A stretch of DNA of 64,000 bases from an uncultured Bacteroidales bacterium (lineage in GTDB: Bacteria > Bacteroidota > Bacteroidia > Bacteroidales > Bacteroidaceae): contig CALEFD010000019.1 in assembly GCA_937876995.1 (NCBI GenBank), forward strand, positions 7,858 through 71,857. Direction: 5' to 3'. Of this stretch, positions 10,501 to 20,058 are shown one piece after another; position 1 is the first letter of the stretch; each line of letters starts with the position of its first letter. Below the pieces are notes generated by a model. The model did not search any database. It was not told where the DNA came from and saw nothing but the letters and a program-made list of their open reading frames with translations. Made by a program: the position numbers and the translations under genes.

Positions 10501-13500
10501 TTAGGAACGCCACTTTCAAAATGTACACGGATATTCACAATATGACGTTCTGTAATCTCTTCAAAGTTCACGCCCTCCTGATCGCTCTCTAAGTAGGTAT
10601 ATTCATAAACCACCGTTACTATTTTGTCTTCTGACAAGTCTCTTACATCGGCACTTCTTGGAACATACAGAGTTGATGTTTCAGTTGGCATAGTACCCTG
10701 CACCTGGAAACCTGTCTGCATATTTACCACGTGTTCATCGTAGGAAGCTTTTGTTATAACATCACCAACAGCTATACCTGTACCCTTAGTTTTTTCTGTT
10801 GTAGTTACTTCTGTTAGCTGATACTCTCCATTATCGGAATTAAGTACGTGTAGATTATTTCTATTCGTAAATCCATCAACACATACATAATATACGCCAA
10901 CCTCGGCAAATGAATACTGCATTACCGAACTTGCTGCTGTATTCTCATCTACTTTTAATTTTTCATAAACAGTATCTATCAATACCCTGCCTCGTGTGTA
11001 GTAACTATCGCCCACTTTGAATGTATTCTTAACTACATAGAATGTATTATCTTCACTCAGATGTTCATCTGTAACGTTTACCATTGCGAATTTGCGCTTC
11101 TCATTAGGCAGTTTTTCAAAATTAACATTATTCAGAACTACGTCTTTGGTTATTTCACTCAATGGTTTTCCATCTATATCGCTTATGTCTAAATCCGTTA
11201 CGGTCAAATTGGTCTCTCTAATGTATTTAGCGGTATAATCCACGCGCGTAGGACCACTGTATCTATTACCATCGTTTTCTGTATTAGGATCAACGTCTGC
11301 CGAAGGATCGTACAAATTTAAATTGCCATCAAAATTTGTACTTAACAAATCGAATGCATCTTTATTGAAAGTGAAATTTACACGTTCGTACGGTTGTACA
11401 CCCGCATATTGCAAAGCATCATAACTATTCGTTTCAATAAACAGATGACCACCAAACTTACCTGTTTTAGTACATAACCATGTTTTTGGTGTATCATTAT
11501 CACTGCCATCTATAGAGAAATAGTTCTTGAACTTCGGATTTATTTTTATAAGTTTTGTATATTCGCTAACAGGAATTATATCTCCATTGTAGCACCACTC
11601 CTCTTCGGCCTTTTCGAATGTCTGAATACACAATACCGCTTCCTCCAGATACTCTCTGACTGATGCATTACTTGATCTCTTATAATCGGATTGGGATATC
11701 ACATTACCTGCTGTAACATACATATCTATCTCCTGACTATTTTCGTCTAAGGTCTTGACGTGAATATTCTCTTTTGCTACGTATGCTATTTCAAACTCAG
11801 CTTGTTCTGTTGGTCGTGCTACATTTATATTATCTGCATCGGTAAGCAAATCCTGCTGCTCCTGCCATAGATCATTATTGATAATATCACCTGCATTGTA
11901 TATATACTGACCAAATATACCGCCTGTTACATTCTTAAATGAAGGACCCTGGATATAACTATCTTTTGTATCAGAACTTTCATAGGTTTCCTTATTTATC
12001 TGCATTGGAACACCGGATAACTGTGAATAATAGTCGTCCCATTGAGCAGGATTGTTCATCTTATATGTAAGCAGGAATCCTTCATCCTTACCCATATTAT
12101 TGGTAGGATGGAAGAAGTAAGATACAGGAACCTCCTTAAAAGCGTCCGCAGTTGTACCCTCAGGATCGTGAATCTTCACTTTCACATCACTGCTCTTTAA
12201 TGTCTCATACGCAGAAGGCAATATTACCTTACCTTTCTTATATGCCAAAGCACCAAGATCATTTCCATTTGTATCTTTTGTTTCGCCATCAATATTCAGT
12301 ACATCATCTATACATACGTATGTTGTCTTTGTAAAGAAAGCCTTTTCCGCTTCTGCAAGCCTGTTGTAATCCCAACTGCTTATAGGATCGTTTGTATGGT
12401 AATACTGACCTGCTATTCTAACAGAATCATCTGCTTCCAATTGTCTACCACCATAGTTCAAACCTTCGTAGTATGCATAATAGCTATCGTCAACACTTAA
12501 CAGTTGTAACTTACCATTAGCACCAGCTGTAATGCTCAGAGGGATAGATACCGATTCTGAATATGATTGCGGAGTACCTGTATAAGCAGATATTGTCTGG
12601 TTGTACAAATAGAAATCACCGCGAACATACCAATAGTGAGCCGGCGAAGTTTTATCACCATTATTAGGATAACAATCATCTACAATCTGTTTAAAACTAT
12701 GCACAAAGTTACCGGATGATGCATACTGCTCTGCATCACCTTCATAATTAAAGCGCTTATATGAAACGGCTTCATTGTTTGATTCAGCCAATGTTACATT
12801 ATTGGCTCCTGAATCTTTTCGTGTACCATGAATATTGTCTGCATAGACATAACCACCACCTTCGCCTACAGCTACATTTATAAGGTCAAGCTGAATAACA
12901 CCGGTAATTGGGCCATAATCTTTTTCTCCTGTCTGTTCATCTATATCCTTTACAATTTCAAGCCATACGCCACCGGCTAATGCTATTATATTTGCGCTCT
13001 TACCATTGTTACGGAACTTTGTACCGGCATTTTCAACTTTAAACGCACGGTAGGTTTCATTTTCTCCCGTAGGCTTATATGCATCTTCACCATTTTCAGT
13101 TACTCGTACAGCGTCATAATAATCTACACTGGAAGATACTGCTCCCAACCTGTTCACCACGTTGTATATACCAAAATAACATCCATGGTCTTTTGTTCCA
13201 TCTGAATTGTAACCACTTATTGGATATTTATCCTTAGTGATTTCATTCAATGAGAGTTCATTAAGTCGGTTAATTGTATATAGAGTAAAATCGGCAGTTG
13301 TGGTTTCGCGGTCTCTTGCACCCTTTAATACAACACGGCTGCCCCAAACACCACAGAAATCGGCACGCTGTATAGTGTTAATCATTCTACCTGCATATAG
13401 TGTTGCCAAACCGGCAAGTTTCCATTTACCCTGTTCTTCCGGTGGCATACTACCCCAAACAGAACCTGATATCTGGTCATCCACAACATACCAATGTTTC

Positions 13501-16500
13501 TTATTATTTGCGTCTGTATATTCGTGATTTTCCAAACAAATATACTTCAATTCATAGTATGCCTTTTTTCTTGGGTGCATTTTGGAATAATCATCGAATG
13601 TGATTTCGTGAGTCAGATTATGATAATCTGTACCATAGTTTGTAATATTCAGTTCTCTGTATCCATCTACAAGACTTAAGTTACCATCGCCATAGAAACC
13701 ACCTATGTTTTCTGTACTTACAGAGACCATATCACAATCAAATACATCCACTACCGATGCAGTTACATTACCAAACACAGTCTTAGCATCGGCCGTCATA
13801 ATATCGGTACCCTGAATTACATTACCACCGGCAAATACAGCATTACGTATGGTAATACCCTGTTCATCCATCTTAGCCCAGCGTTCATCATTAGCATACA
13901 GGGTATTCAAGTCTGTACAAGGAACAAAATCACCAGGATTATAACTATTAGAACCTATTTCAAAGTTTTGCAGAGCAACTGTAACCGGTGTTATCAACAC
14001 CTTGCAGTCTTCTGTCAATTTATCACTGGAATCATAATAGTGACCATCACTCTTTTTCTTTCCCTTAACAGAATAGACATAACCAATGTTACCGCCACCA
14101 AATACGTTACCAGCTCCTTCTTTCAGTGTCGCGTCTGTACCCACATTTCCTCTATGCAGATTAACTTCTGTCTTACCAAATACAAATCCGCTTGAATAGT
14201 AGATATTCTCTACCTCTAATGCTCCTGCTAAAGTATAGCTGAATCCGCGACCGCCACCAAATACATCGCGCTCTACTGTACCGCCATACATTGTAACCTT
14301 AGTACTACCTTCAGTAACCGGTTGAGTCCAATCTACCTCTTTAATGACTCCTTCATCAATCTTCATAGTAGCAAAACCTACTGAAGCTATTTCGCCACCA
14401 CCATATAATGAATGACGTATAGTACCTCCATACATCTCTACGTTGGTATTAACAGCCCAAGCTTTATCACCAAAACCACCACCATACAGGTTACCGTTGT
14501 TGGCAAGCAAATTCAGATCGTCCTGACTGTGTAGTTTTACGTTCGGGAAATATTTTCCTGTATTATAATCGTAATCGTAACCTACATAACCGTTATTCAT
14601 GGTAATATTGGTATTGGTTACTTTACCGCGTTCACCACCACCGTATGCAGAACGAAGAACTGCAGGTTTTCCCCAATCGATATCGGCCTCTTCCAATTCA
14701 TTATTTTTATTATATACTTTTTCTGATAAAGCACCATTCACTACCTGCTTTCGTAAACCGATGGTTACATCACTTTCGCCTTCAATATATCCCTCTAATC
14801 CGCCACCAAATACGCGACGCACCTTACCGCCATAGATTTCCAATATAGAGAGTACCTTTTTATCGGAATCAGAAGAAGACAACACTTTCATATTACCACG
14901 GGAACCGCCACCATATATGTCACCTTCCACTATACCGCCCAACAGACTTACGCTTGTTGCGCCATATACTGTAGCTGTTTCACCATAGCCACCACCAAAG
15001 ACATTCTCTTTTACTGTGGCACCCTTTTCAATTATAATGCGGGTATTTCTATATTCCAGGGCAGTTTCAGGGTCAGCATATACCCAGTGAGCATACTTTG
15101 TTGAATTAGTTGTATAATATTCATCCGCATCCGATTTATCATCGTATGCATATCTTACTGTACCGTCTAAAGCGCCACCATATACATTTCTAACTAAAGC
15201 GCCTTTATCCAGAGTAACCAAAGCATAACCTGTCACTGTATTTTTACCATGACCGGAAGCATAGACATCGGCATAATTATCGATAGATTGCATTACAGGA
15301 GCTTTTATCAGCACATTGGTATTCTTTGTAGCACGATACGATTTATTTCCGCCAAACAAACCTTCGCCTGTAATAAAGGCACCGGAAGAAGCGAACTTAA
15401 CATTTGATTGGCCTACATCGCAAGGCAAGCCTTCTTCAAAACCTACACTACCACCATAAATAGCCTTTACTCTGATGGTTGATGTTTCAGGAACAGTAAC
15501 ATTTGTTGTTTCGCAATAACCTTCGGCAAAAGAGCCGCCATAAGCATAACCTATATTACCTGCAGAGAGATTTACATTTGTAGTCTGCGCACCGGATTTT
15601 GCACCTGCACCATAAACGTTCAATCCCAGATTGTTCATTCCATAAACACTTACGTTGGTTGTTCCGCAATCGTAAGATATAGTTGTAGGTAAATCTTTAT
15701 GAGCAGCACCGAAAGTACCACCATATATTTCATCATAATAGCCACTTACTGCATCTACAGTAGTTTTCTCTACGTAAGAATAGTAAGCGCCACCAAATAC
15801 CTTACTAACCAAAGGTCCTGCACCATTTGTTACACGATCCTGATATGAACCTGTAGCAGCCAGATGAACGTATGTATCTTTAACATCAACTATTCCTGTA
15901 GAACCGCTGAAACCTTGTCCACCGCCATAAACAGCACCTATTATCTTATCCGTTTTAGTTGATGGCGATGCTATATGTACAAATGTATTGGCAGTAATAA
16001 AGTTTGTAGCTGTTTCAGTTACCGCTGTATTTAACACAGGATACTTATCTATTTGGAAGTTAGTATAATTATATGCACCATTTGCTCCACCGAATATATT
16101 TCCATGCACTATTCCGGAATAGTACTGAACCATAGTTTGAGCCTTCACATATTTATTACCATAACCATACTGTCCAAAAGAGACAGAGCCTATTACTGTA
16201 CCACCAAAGTCGTTTGCTCCATATACGTTATTTACAATATTGATAGGATTATCACTACCTGCACTCTGTGCAGAGCCTATAACGACTTTTGCTGTACCAT
16301 CAATATCGGCAAAACAGCTGCCACCAAATATGTCATAGAACTTACCACCCTGAACACTTACAGAAGCAGTACCGCCTACATTACCCTGCAATCCTCCACC
16401 ATACACCTTAAATGCGTTGTAATAACCTTCTCCTGGTTGTATTAGATTTTTATCCAGATTAATTGATGTACTTCCGGTTACAGCACCTAATTCACCACCG

Positions 16501-18986
16501 CCAAATACTTTTAGCACCTGAGCATTCTCTTTCAGATTGATGGTAGTATTACCAATAATTGTAGAATTTTCACCATAGCCACCACCAAATACTGATATTG
16601 CATTCGTAAACACATATTCACCTATCGCTATCGCGGTATCACCACTGTTATATTTATGGAGATTTTCAGAAATAATTTTCTTTGATATCAGATTCTGAGT
16701 TACATCAATAACAACATTTCCATTTACTACACCACTCTGATAACAGCCACCATATACATTTGCACCGGCAAGCACAGAATCTGACAGGCCAAGAGGCGTG
16801 TTTTTATTCCAATCGAGTGATGCAGATGTAACATAACCTTCAGCATCTAATGTGTCATTTAATTTCTTAGGTTCCATTCTGCTGGCAACAGTCATCTTCA
16901 GCTTATAATCACCTGATGAACGCTCTGTAACACCACCTACATATTCTGCGTTTATATTAGCATTTGCTGCAACAATAGCATTGTTGGAACCACCTACTAT
17001 CTTTTCATAAATGGTGATTGATGATGGAATTGTTACATCTATCTGCTCGGTTGTGGTAAGACTACCAACATTTCCTCCTAAATAGAGGGAACCGATATAT
17101 GTTCCTGTCTGGTCCGGAGTTAATTCCTCTTTCCAATCTACGGAGAAAGATGGTTTAAGGTTGACAGATACACCATCCATATAACGTTTCATCTGGTCTG
17201 ATTCTGTCAAATCAATGGAAGAGTTTGCGTCATTTTCATACCACGCAAGAACATCTGAACGAACCATCTGTTCACCATTACTTCCTAAGAACACACCATT
17301 GATAACCACATTCTTACCGATACGGAACTGAGTGGTTGCGTTTGTATCATCCGATTTTAGTGGAGCTGAGTTACCACCACAGAACACATTTCCTGCTACA
17401 TATAACGGATTTTCAGTTGGAGTGCCATCATCATTTACCGGACCTGCAATATGCAACAGTGTCTTTTCCACCTTTGGACGATAAGCATAAAGTGCATCTA
17501 CAGAAGAAGAACCTGGTTCATAATAAAAATCAGATGCTGAAGAAGCCTGGTTATCAGTATATCGATATGCACCGTTACCTGCGCCATAAATACTACCGGA
17601 TATTGAGCTGAAGATTTCAACATTAGCACCATGGTAAACAGTTCCGGATACATCGTTACCTCCATAAACATTCTTAATCTTACCTCCACCTATATACACA
17701 CGTGCTGCATATCCACCATCGAAAGTTATCTGCTTGCCTCCTACTGTGGTTGTATAAGTTTCTTTAACCAGCTCATTAGTAGTTGGTTTAACATCCGCCA
17801 TTCTACAACCACCATATACATTTTCAATGGTCATATATGCGCTCTCTATGGCAAGTATCAAACCATTTGAGGATGTCATATCACCACGGTTACCTCCGGA
17901 ATAGAGGTTTGTTATAGTAGCATCATACAGGTGCCATGTAGGGCGAATAGCCATTACAGCCTTATTGTTACCACCAAATACATTTGTAGCAGTCAGATTT
18001 GCACCATTAAGATATATATCGGTAGAAGATGTTACTGTTGCATTATTACCGCCACCATATATAGCATTGAATGTTCCACCTGTAACATCTACAAGCACTC
18101 TGCCCAATGTTGGTCTGTTTGATACTGTAAGAGTTCTTGTTGGTTCAGTGCCATTCGGAGCAAAATCCTTCAAGGTAATGGAATAGTTACCTTCAGTGCC
18201 AACATAACCATAATCACCATTACCGCCACCAAACAACGAACCTATATTGACATTACCCTTTGCACTTTCTGTTACTCGTACAAAGGCATTCCAGTTTTTC
18301 CAGTTTTCACCATTCGAAATACTTTGAACAGGTATAGAATATGGATCAATATATGGATTAGTTACAACTAATGCATTAGACGATATATTGCCCGATATAT
18401 CATTACCGCCATATACAGCACCAATGTTTAGTGCATTAACACCATTAATCCATACGTATGTTCTTCCCTGAATGTCTGCCATACATGCACCACCAAATAC
18501 AGATCCGGAAACGGTTCCACCAGAAATCTCTACATTGGTATTACCCTGCAATGCAGCCATTTTACCACCGCCATATATGTTATTTTTTACAGAACCTGCA
18601 ACCATATTTACATTAGCAGTACCAAAAACTATGGCTTCTGCACCTTCGCCACCACCATATACACCGCCATATAAGGAACCATTAAACTTTTCTGCACCTA
18701 TAGTACCACCTTTTATATTTACATTTGTAGTACCATACACTTTTCCGTCCTGTCCGCCACCAAATACAGTGCGGATTTGGATTTCAGCTCCATAAATACC
18801 CACTGTTGTGCTTGTCGGATTTCCTTCTACACCTACATTACCCGATTTACCGCCACCATATACGTCACCCTTTATGTCAAGCGCCTGAACAGGCATAATG
18901 CTTAAAACAGAGAGAGCCAACAAGAGTGGACGGAGAACTCTTGCCAACAAACCATTCTGTCTATTATTTGTGGATATTATATTCAT
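7596..18986 (-). CDS. Giant (3,796 aa) secreted beta-helix-repeat surface protein with a T9SS C-terminal sorting domain; putative pilus-associated adhesin
   Basis: Single uninterrupted ORF. N-terminal signal peptide (…LLLALSVLSIMPVQA/LD). More than 40 copies by eye of the degenerate turn motif [VILF]-[YF]-G-G-[GASNC] in the first ~1,770 aa. The C-terminus …VTVYSTSGQIIARVDVAPGATVKVPVNATGVYIVNRKKVMM fits the T9SS type A CTD. The gene starts 23 nt downstream of the last fimbrillin gene. Confidence 0.85.
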   Translation of the reverse strand: MNIISTNNRQNGLLARVLRPLLLALSVLSIMPVQALDIKGDVYGGGKSGNVGVEGNPTSTTVGIYGAEIQIRTVFGGGQDGKVYGTTNVNIKGGTIGAEKFNGSLYGGVYGGGEGAEAIVFGTANVNMVAGSVKNNIYGGGKMAALQGNTNVEISGGTVSGSVFGGACMADIQGRTYVWINGVNALNIGAVYGGNDISGNISSNALVVTNPYIDPYSIPVQSISNGENWKNWNAFVRVTESAKGNVNIGSLFGGGNGDYGYVGTEGNYSITLKDFAPNGTEPTRTLTVSNRPTLGRVLVDVTGGTFNAIYGGGNNATVTSSTDIYLNGANLTATNVFGGNNKAVMAIRPTWHLYDATITNLYSGGNRGDMTSSNGLILAIESAYMTIENVYGGCRMADVKPTTNELVKETYTTTVGGKQITFDGGYAARVYIGGGKIKNVYGGNDVSGTVYHGANVEIFSSISGSIYGAGNGAYRYTDNQASSASDFYYEPGSSSVDALYAYRPKVEKTLLHIAGPVNDDGTPTENPLYVAGNVFCGGNSAPLKSDDTNATTQFRIGKNVVINGVFLGSNGEQMVRSDVLAWYENDANSSIDLTESDQMKRYMDGVSVNLKPSFSVDWKEELTPDQTGTYIGSLYLGGNVGSLTTTEQIDVTIPSSITIYEKIVGGSNNAIVAANANINAEYVGGVTERSSGDYKLKMTVASRMEPKKLNDTLDAEGYVTSASLDWNKNTPLGLSDSVLAGANVYGGCYQSGVVNGNVVIDVTQNLISKKIISENLHKYNSGDTAIAIGEYVFTNAISVFGGGYGENSTIIGNTTINLKENAQVLKVFGGGELGAVTGSTSINLDKNLIQPGEGYYNAFKVYGGGLQGNVGGTASVSVQGGKFYDIFGGSCFADIDGTAKVVIGSAQSAGSDNPINIVNNVYGANDFGGTVIGSVSFGQYGYGNKYVKAQTMVQYYSGIVHGNIFGGANGAYNYTNFQIDKYPVLNTAVTETATNFITANTFVHIASPSTKTDKIIGAVYGGGQGFSGSTGIVDVKDTYVHLAATGSYQDRVTNGAGPLVSKVFGGAYYSYVEKTTVDAVSGYYDEIYGGTFGAAHKDLPTTISYDCGTTNVSVYGMNNLGLNVYGAGAKSGAQTTNVNLSAGNIGYAYGGSFAEGYCETTNVTVPETSTIRVKAIYGGSVGFEEGLPCDVGQSNVKFASSGAFITGEGLFGGNKSYRATKNTNVLIKAPVMQSIDNYADVYASGHGKNTVTGYALVTLDKGALVRNVYGGALDGTVRYAYDDKSDADEYYTTNSTKYAHWVYADPETALEYRNTRIIIEKGATVKENVFGGGYGETATVYGATSVSLLGGIVEGDIYGGGSRGNMKVLSSSDSDKKVLSILEIYGGKVRRVFGGGLEGYIEGESDVTIGLRKQVVNGALSEKVYNKNNELEEADIDWGKPAVLRSAYGGGERGKVTNTNITMNNGYVGYDYDYNTGKYFPNVKLHSQDDLNLLANNGNLYGGGFGDKAWAVNTNVEMYGGTIRHSLYGGGEIASVGFATMKIDEGVIKEVDWTQPVTEGSTKVTMYGGTVERDVFGGGRGFSYTLAGALEVENIYYSSGFVFGKTEVNLHRGNVGTDATLKEGAGNVFGGGNIGYVYSVKGKKKSDGHYYDSSDKLTEDCKVLITPVTVALQNFEIGSNSYNPGDFVPCTDLNTLYANDERWAKMDEQGITIRNAVFAGGNVIQGTDIMTADAKTVFGNVTASVVDVFDCDMVSVSTENIGGFYGDGNLSLVDGYRELNITNYGTDYHNLTHEITFDDYSKMHPRKKAYYELKYICLENHEYTDANNKKHWYVVDDQISGSVWGSMPPEEQGKWKLAGLATLYAGRMINTIQRADFCGVWGSRVVLKGARDRETTTADFTLYTINRLNELSLNEITKDKYPISGYNSDGTKDHGCYFGIYNVVNRLGAVSSSVDYYDAVRVTENGEDAYKPTGENETYRAFKVENAGTKFRNNGKSANIIALAGGVWLEIVKDIDEQTGEKDYGPITGVIQLDLINVAVGEGGGYVYADNIHGTRKDSGANNVTLAESNNEAVSYKRFNYEGDAEQYASSGNFVHSFKQIVDDCYPNNGDKTSPAHYWYVRGDFYLYNQTISAYTGTPQSYSESVSIPLSITAGANGKLQLLSVDDSYYAYYEGLNYGGRQLEADDSVRIAGQYYHTNDPISSWDYNRLAEAEKAFFTKTTYVCIDDVLNIDGETKDTNGNDLGALAYKKGKVILPSAYETLKSSDVKVKIHDPEGTTADAFKEVPVSYFFHPTNNMGKDEGFLLTYKMNNPAQWDDYYSQLSGVPMQINKETYESSDTKDSYIQGPSFKNVTGGIFGQYIYNAGDIINNDLWQEQQDLLTDADNINVARPTEQAEFEIAYVAKENIHVKTLDENSQEIDMYVTAGNVISQSDYKRSSNASVREYLEEAVLCIQTFEKAEEEWCYNGDIIPVSEYTKLIKINPKFKNYFSIDGSDNDTPKTWLCTKTGKFGGHLFIETNSYDALQYAGVQPYERVNFTFNKDAFDLLSTNFDGNLNLYDPSADVDPNTENDGNRYSGPTRVDYTAKYIRETNLTVTDLDISDIDGKPLSEITKDVVLNNVNFEKLPNEKRKFAMVNVTDEHLSEDNTFYVVKNTFKVGDSYYTRGRVLIDTVYEKLKVDENTAASSVMQYSFAEVGVYYVCVDGFTNRNNLHVLNSDNGEYQLTEVTTTEKTKGTGIAVGDVITKASYDEHVVNMQTGFQVQGTMPTETSTLYVPRSADVRDLSEDKIVTVVYEYTYLESDQEGVNFEEITERHIVNIRVHFESGVPKIGELQTPQTVLPGDVLGMNTPTVTPGAYEIMSGGFEIFSNEHDAFAHKNGVAYQQGRAPLYWYQNEYWIAYYAKTYLGKTYSSPVRLSVANYHRLKDVLDHPEYMFVDSITDTYSQKPAMLRNPKIYINDDVYTENRNGTEVQLNEFDYLIELYNNHLIDGVGKHNGQIQYAENLEFILQSDVEPLYYKGKEWKLGDVEDSNNCFQGNLHGDGYTIGGLTHSLFDKLCGNVYNLGVTGSFTTSGISDNGGAVYNSWVSTSATPTTAPVIASGGSVVNSYYNNTQYTGSYSNGATAATTREFVDGTVAYNLNGYYQQKRSDITNSTKRSGSDGAYLQNNGVSAFPALKEFKGKENPSSLYGNADYVEERMKTGDFRYEKGEVPYRVGEIRYVEGNPDKGTAAKFVPIYPDDYIFFGQNLTYGLVQGKDHNDNPMRIEKRTYSYSNTVDDVTIDYEPELIDAVTDADNRVFRAPAYTVQSPTEVATEVHYNRDAVFTDSYKEMVIDRDVTAIDFTGTETVGSGFNNTWLDFDGVKSIYLKGLTRNMLIYADASQEDSYSVLMSAANEPELIVNPEKSYNTVDVVQETKYPLFHLVGQQQKGEYRAATSQFLVDKQNFAAPKEYSFSKGYYMWYQRRPAYYANSSTDGWEGLILPFTADLVTTQDKGEITHFYGDSDKGHEYWLRGFTGVETAGAEKMAKFVRPMSNAGDAGYDSRYESGDNAVSNSFLYDTYYNKNNRDDANADDYFEYYNTTRNYSDYIWTTMNVPYIVAYPGVAYYEFDMSGNFKAENTATPAPVKLDAQVVTYVSKEEQNIDIYDPSDLTSDRNGYILYGSYLNTPAAETGSFYKIDANGSGFAVSSDNTEAAVPFRVYLKTNSQGAPTRGDVLEYIPIGGDADYIAEQAPLRGLNIYGKNHVIYIESSLDFETVVTVYSTSGQIIARVDVAPGATVKVPVNATGVYIVNRKKVMM
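7599..7808 (-). other. T9SS C-terminal sorting domain (CTD) of the giant protein
   Basis: The last ~70 aa form a beta-sandwich-like CTD pattern (…IYIESSLDFETVVTVYSTSGQIIARVDV..G..VKVPV..TGVYIVN…) at the extreme C-terminus. Confidence 0.65.
9723..9893 (-). other. GLUG-motif-like module inside the giant protein
   Basis: CFQGNLHGDGYTIGGLTHSLFDKLCGNVYNLGVTG (nt 9847-9890 encode CFQGNLHGDGYTIGG). It matches the F-x-G-x-[FL]-x-G-x-G-x-T-I-x-G-L pattern seen at the start of GLUG-type surface-protein modules. Boundaries are approximate. Confidence 0.35.
13680..18880 (-). repeat. Degenerate protein-level repeat region (YGGG-type parallel beta-helix turns) within the giant CDS
   Basis: Recurrent VYGGG/VFGGG/IYGGG/LYGGG motifs spaced roughly 20-30 aa apart, from VYGGGKSG near the N-terminus to FYGDGN (about nt 13682-13699). 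The repeats are degenerate at nucleotide level. Boundaries are approximate. Confidence 0.6.
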
Positions 18987-19009
18987 ACTCTTTTTTCTCT
19001 TTAAACTAC

Positions 19010-20044
19010 TTATTGTACCAACATAACAGATTCTTTATCAGTATCGCTTAACGAATAGAGATATGTAGGCACTATATTTACATTCAGTGTATATTCTTTT
19101 GCACGCTCTAAAGTTCCGGTATTAATTAGTCTGATTGATGAATTTGTCACTGTCTGATCTGCTCGCACCAATGTTCCGGCTTTATCATAAACATCATATG
19201 TGACTGTCATAACTACAGAATTCTGTACTCCCGGCACAGAATAGAAAACACCGGCACTCTTTGCAGATGTATTCACCAACTCTAAATTGACAGGAGAAAA
19301 ACTTACGCTATGATCAACAGCAGCACCCTTTGACATAGCATACCCTATTGCAGAGCCATCATTCATTGTGCAAGCTATGTTTACACTCTGATAGTTACCG
19401 GCAGCAGGCTTTAATGTAACCTCCTTTATCTTTATTGTTCTTATTTTGCTATACTTTTCGTGAACCTTAAAGTTCAGAATAACCTTTGCCATTACCCTGT
19501 CCATCATAAAGGTTACATAGTTTCTGGTATCTTCATGCGACTCAACATCTATACTATATTTATTTTTCACCAAATCACCTCTTTTGTCGGAAGGAGTATA
19601 CGTATCATCTACTTTAGTTACTGTTTCTGCCACTGCACCGGAAGAGAGTAAAATCTCTTCTGACATTATAAACGGCACATTTGTAAAAGTGATAACATTT
19701 CCACTAAATGTAACACCGTTTCTCTTTGGTATATATGAATAGATATTGTATTGGGCTGGGTCCAACTTAAGTGACGATTCCCAACTACTTCCATTGTAAG
19801 TGACAGTACTTTCATTCTGCATACCACTTACAAACACTCCCATCGTAGTTGAAACCTGTATAGTACTGTCATAACCAGACAGAGCCTTTGTCTGAATTTC
19901 AATATCCTGCAGATATGGTGCCATAAATTCCACCTTTACACCGGTTTCAAATTCATCAAATTCCGATGCACAGCCTACCATAAGCAGCACCAATACCACT
20001 AAGAAAGACCATTTTCTGAATATGTCAACAATATATCTGTTCAT
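19010..20044 (-). CDS. Divergent fimbrillin-like lipoprotein (paralog 10, nearest the giant gene)
   Basis: 344 aa. Lipobox LLMVGC. Has the conserved [ST]-K-A site (IQTKALSG). Lacks both the F-x-H-x-L-x-Q motif and the C-terminal EI-x-F-x-P-x-V-x-x-W motif shared by the other paralogs. Confidence 0.5.
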   Translation of the reverse strand: MNRYIVDIFRKWSFLVVLVLLMVGCASEFDEFETGVKVEFMAPYLQDIEIQTKALSGYDSTIQVSTTMGVFVSGMQNESTVTYNGSSWESSLKLDPAQYNIYSYIPKRNGVTFSGNVITFTNVPFIMSEEILLSSGAVAETVTKVDDTYTPSDKRGDLVKNKYSIDVESHEDTRNYVTFMMDRVMAKVILNFKVHEKYSKIRTIKIKEVTLKPAAGNYQSVNIACTMNDGSAIGYAMSKGAAVDHSVSFSPVNLELVNTSAKSAGVFYSVPGVQNSVVMTVTYDVYDKAGTLVRADQTVTNSSIRLINTGTLERAKEYTLNVNIVPTYLYSLSDTDKESVMLVQ

Positions 20045-20058
20045 CTCTACTTTCCATT

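Noticed and set aside
12600-12660. RGD tripeptide (…YWYVRGDFYLY…) in the giant protein as an integrin-binding site
   Set aside because: A single RGD in 3,796 residues is expected by chance, and it sits in an aromatic, probably buried context. There is no supporting evidence.
18472-18795. Pro-rich plus-strand ORFs antisense to the giant gene (for example 18472-18795, 17965-18186, 14599-14835), which look like proline-rich proteins
   Set aside because: They are the reverse-complement shadow of the Gly-rich repeats: the reverse complement of GGN codons reads as CCN (Pro). They are fully embedded in a much longer, motif-rich ORF on the other strand and have no promoter or independent context.
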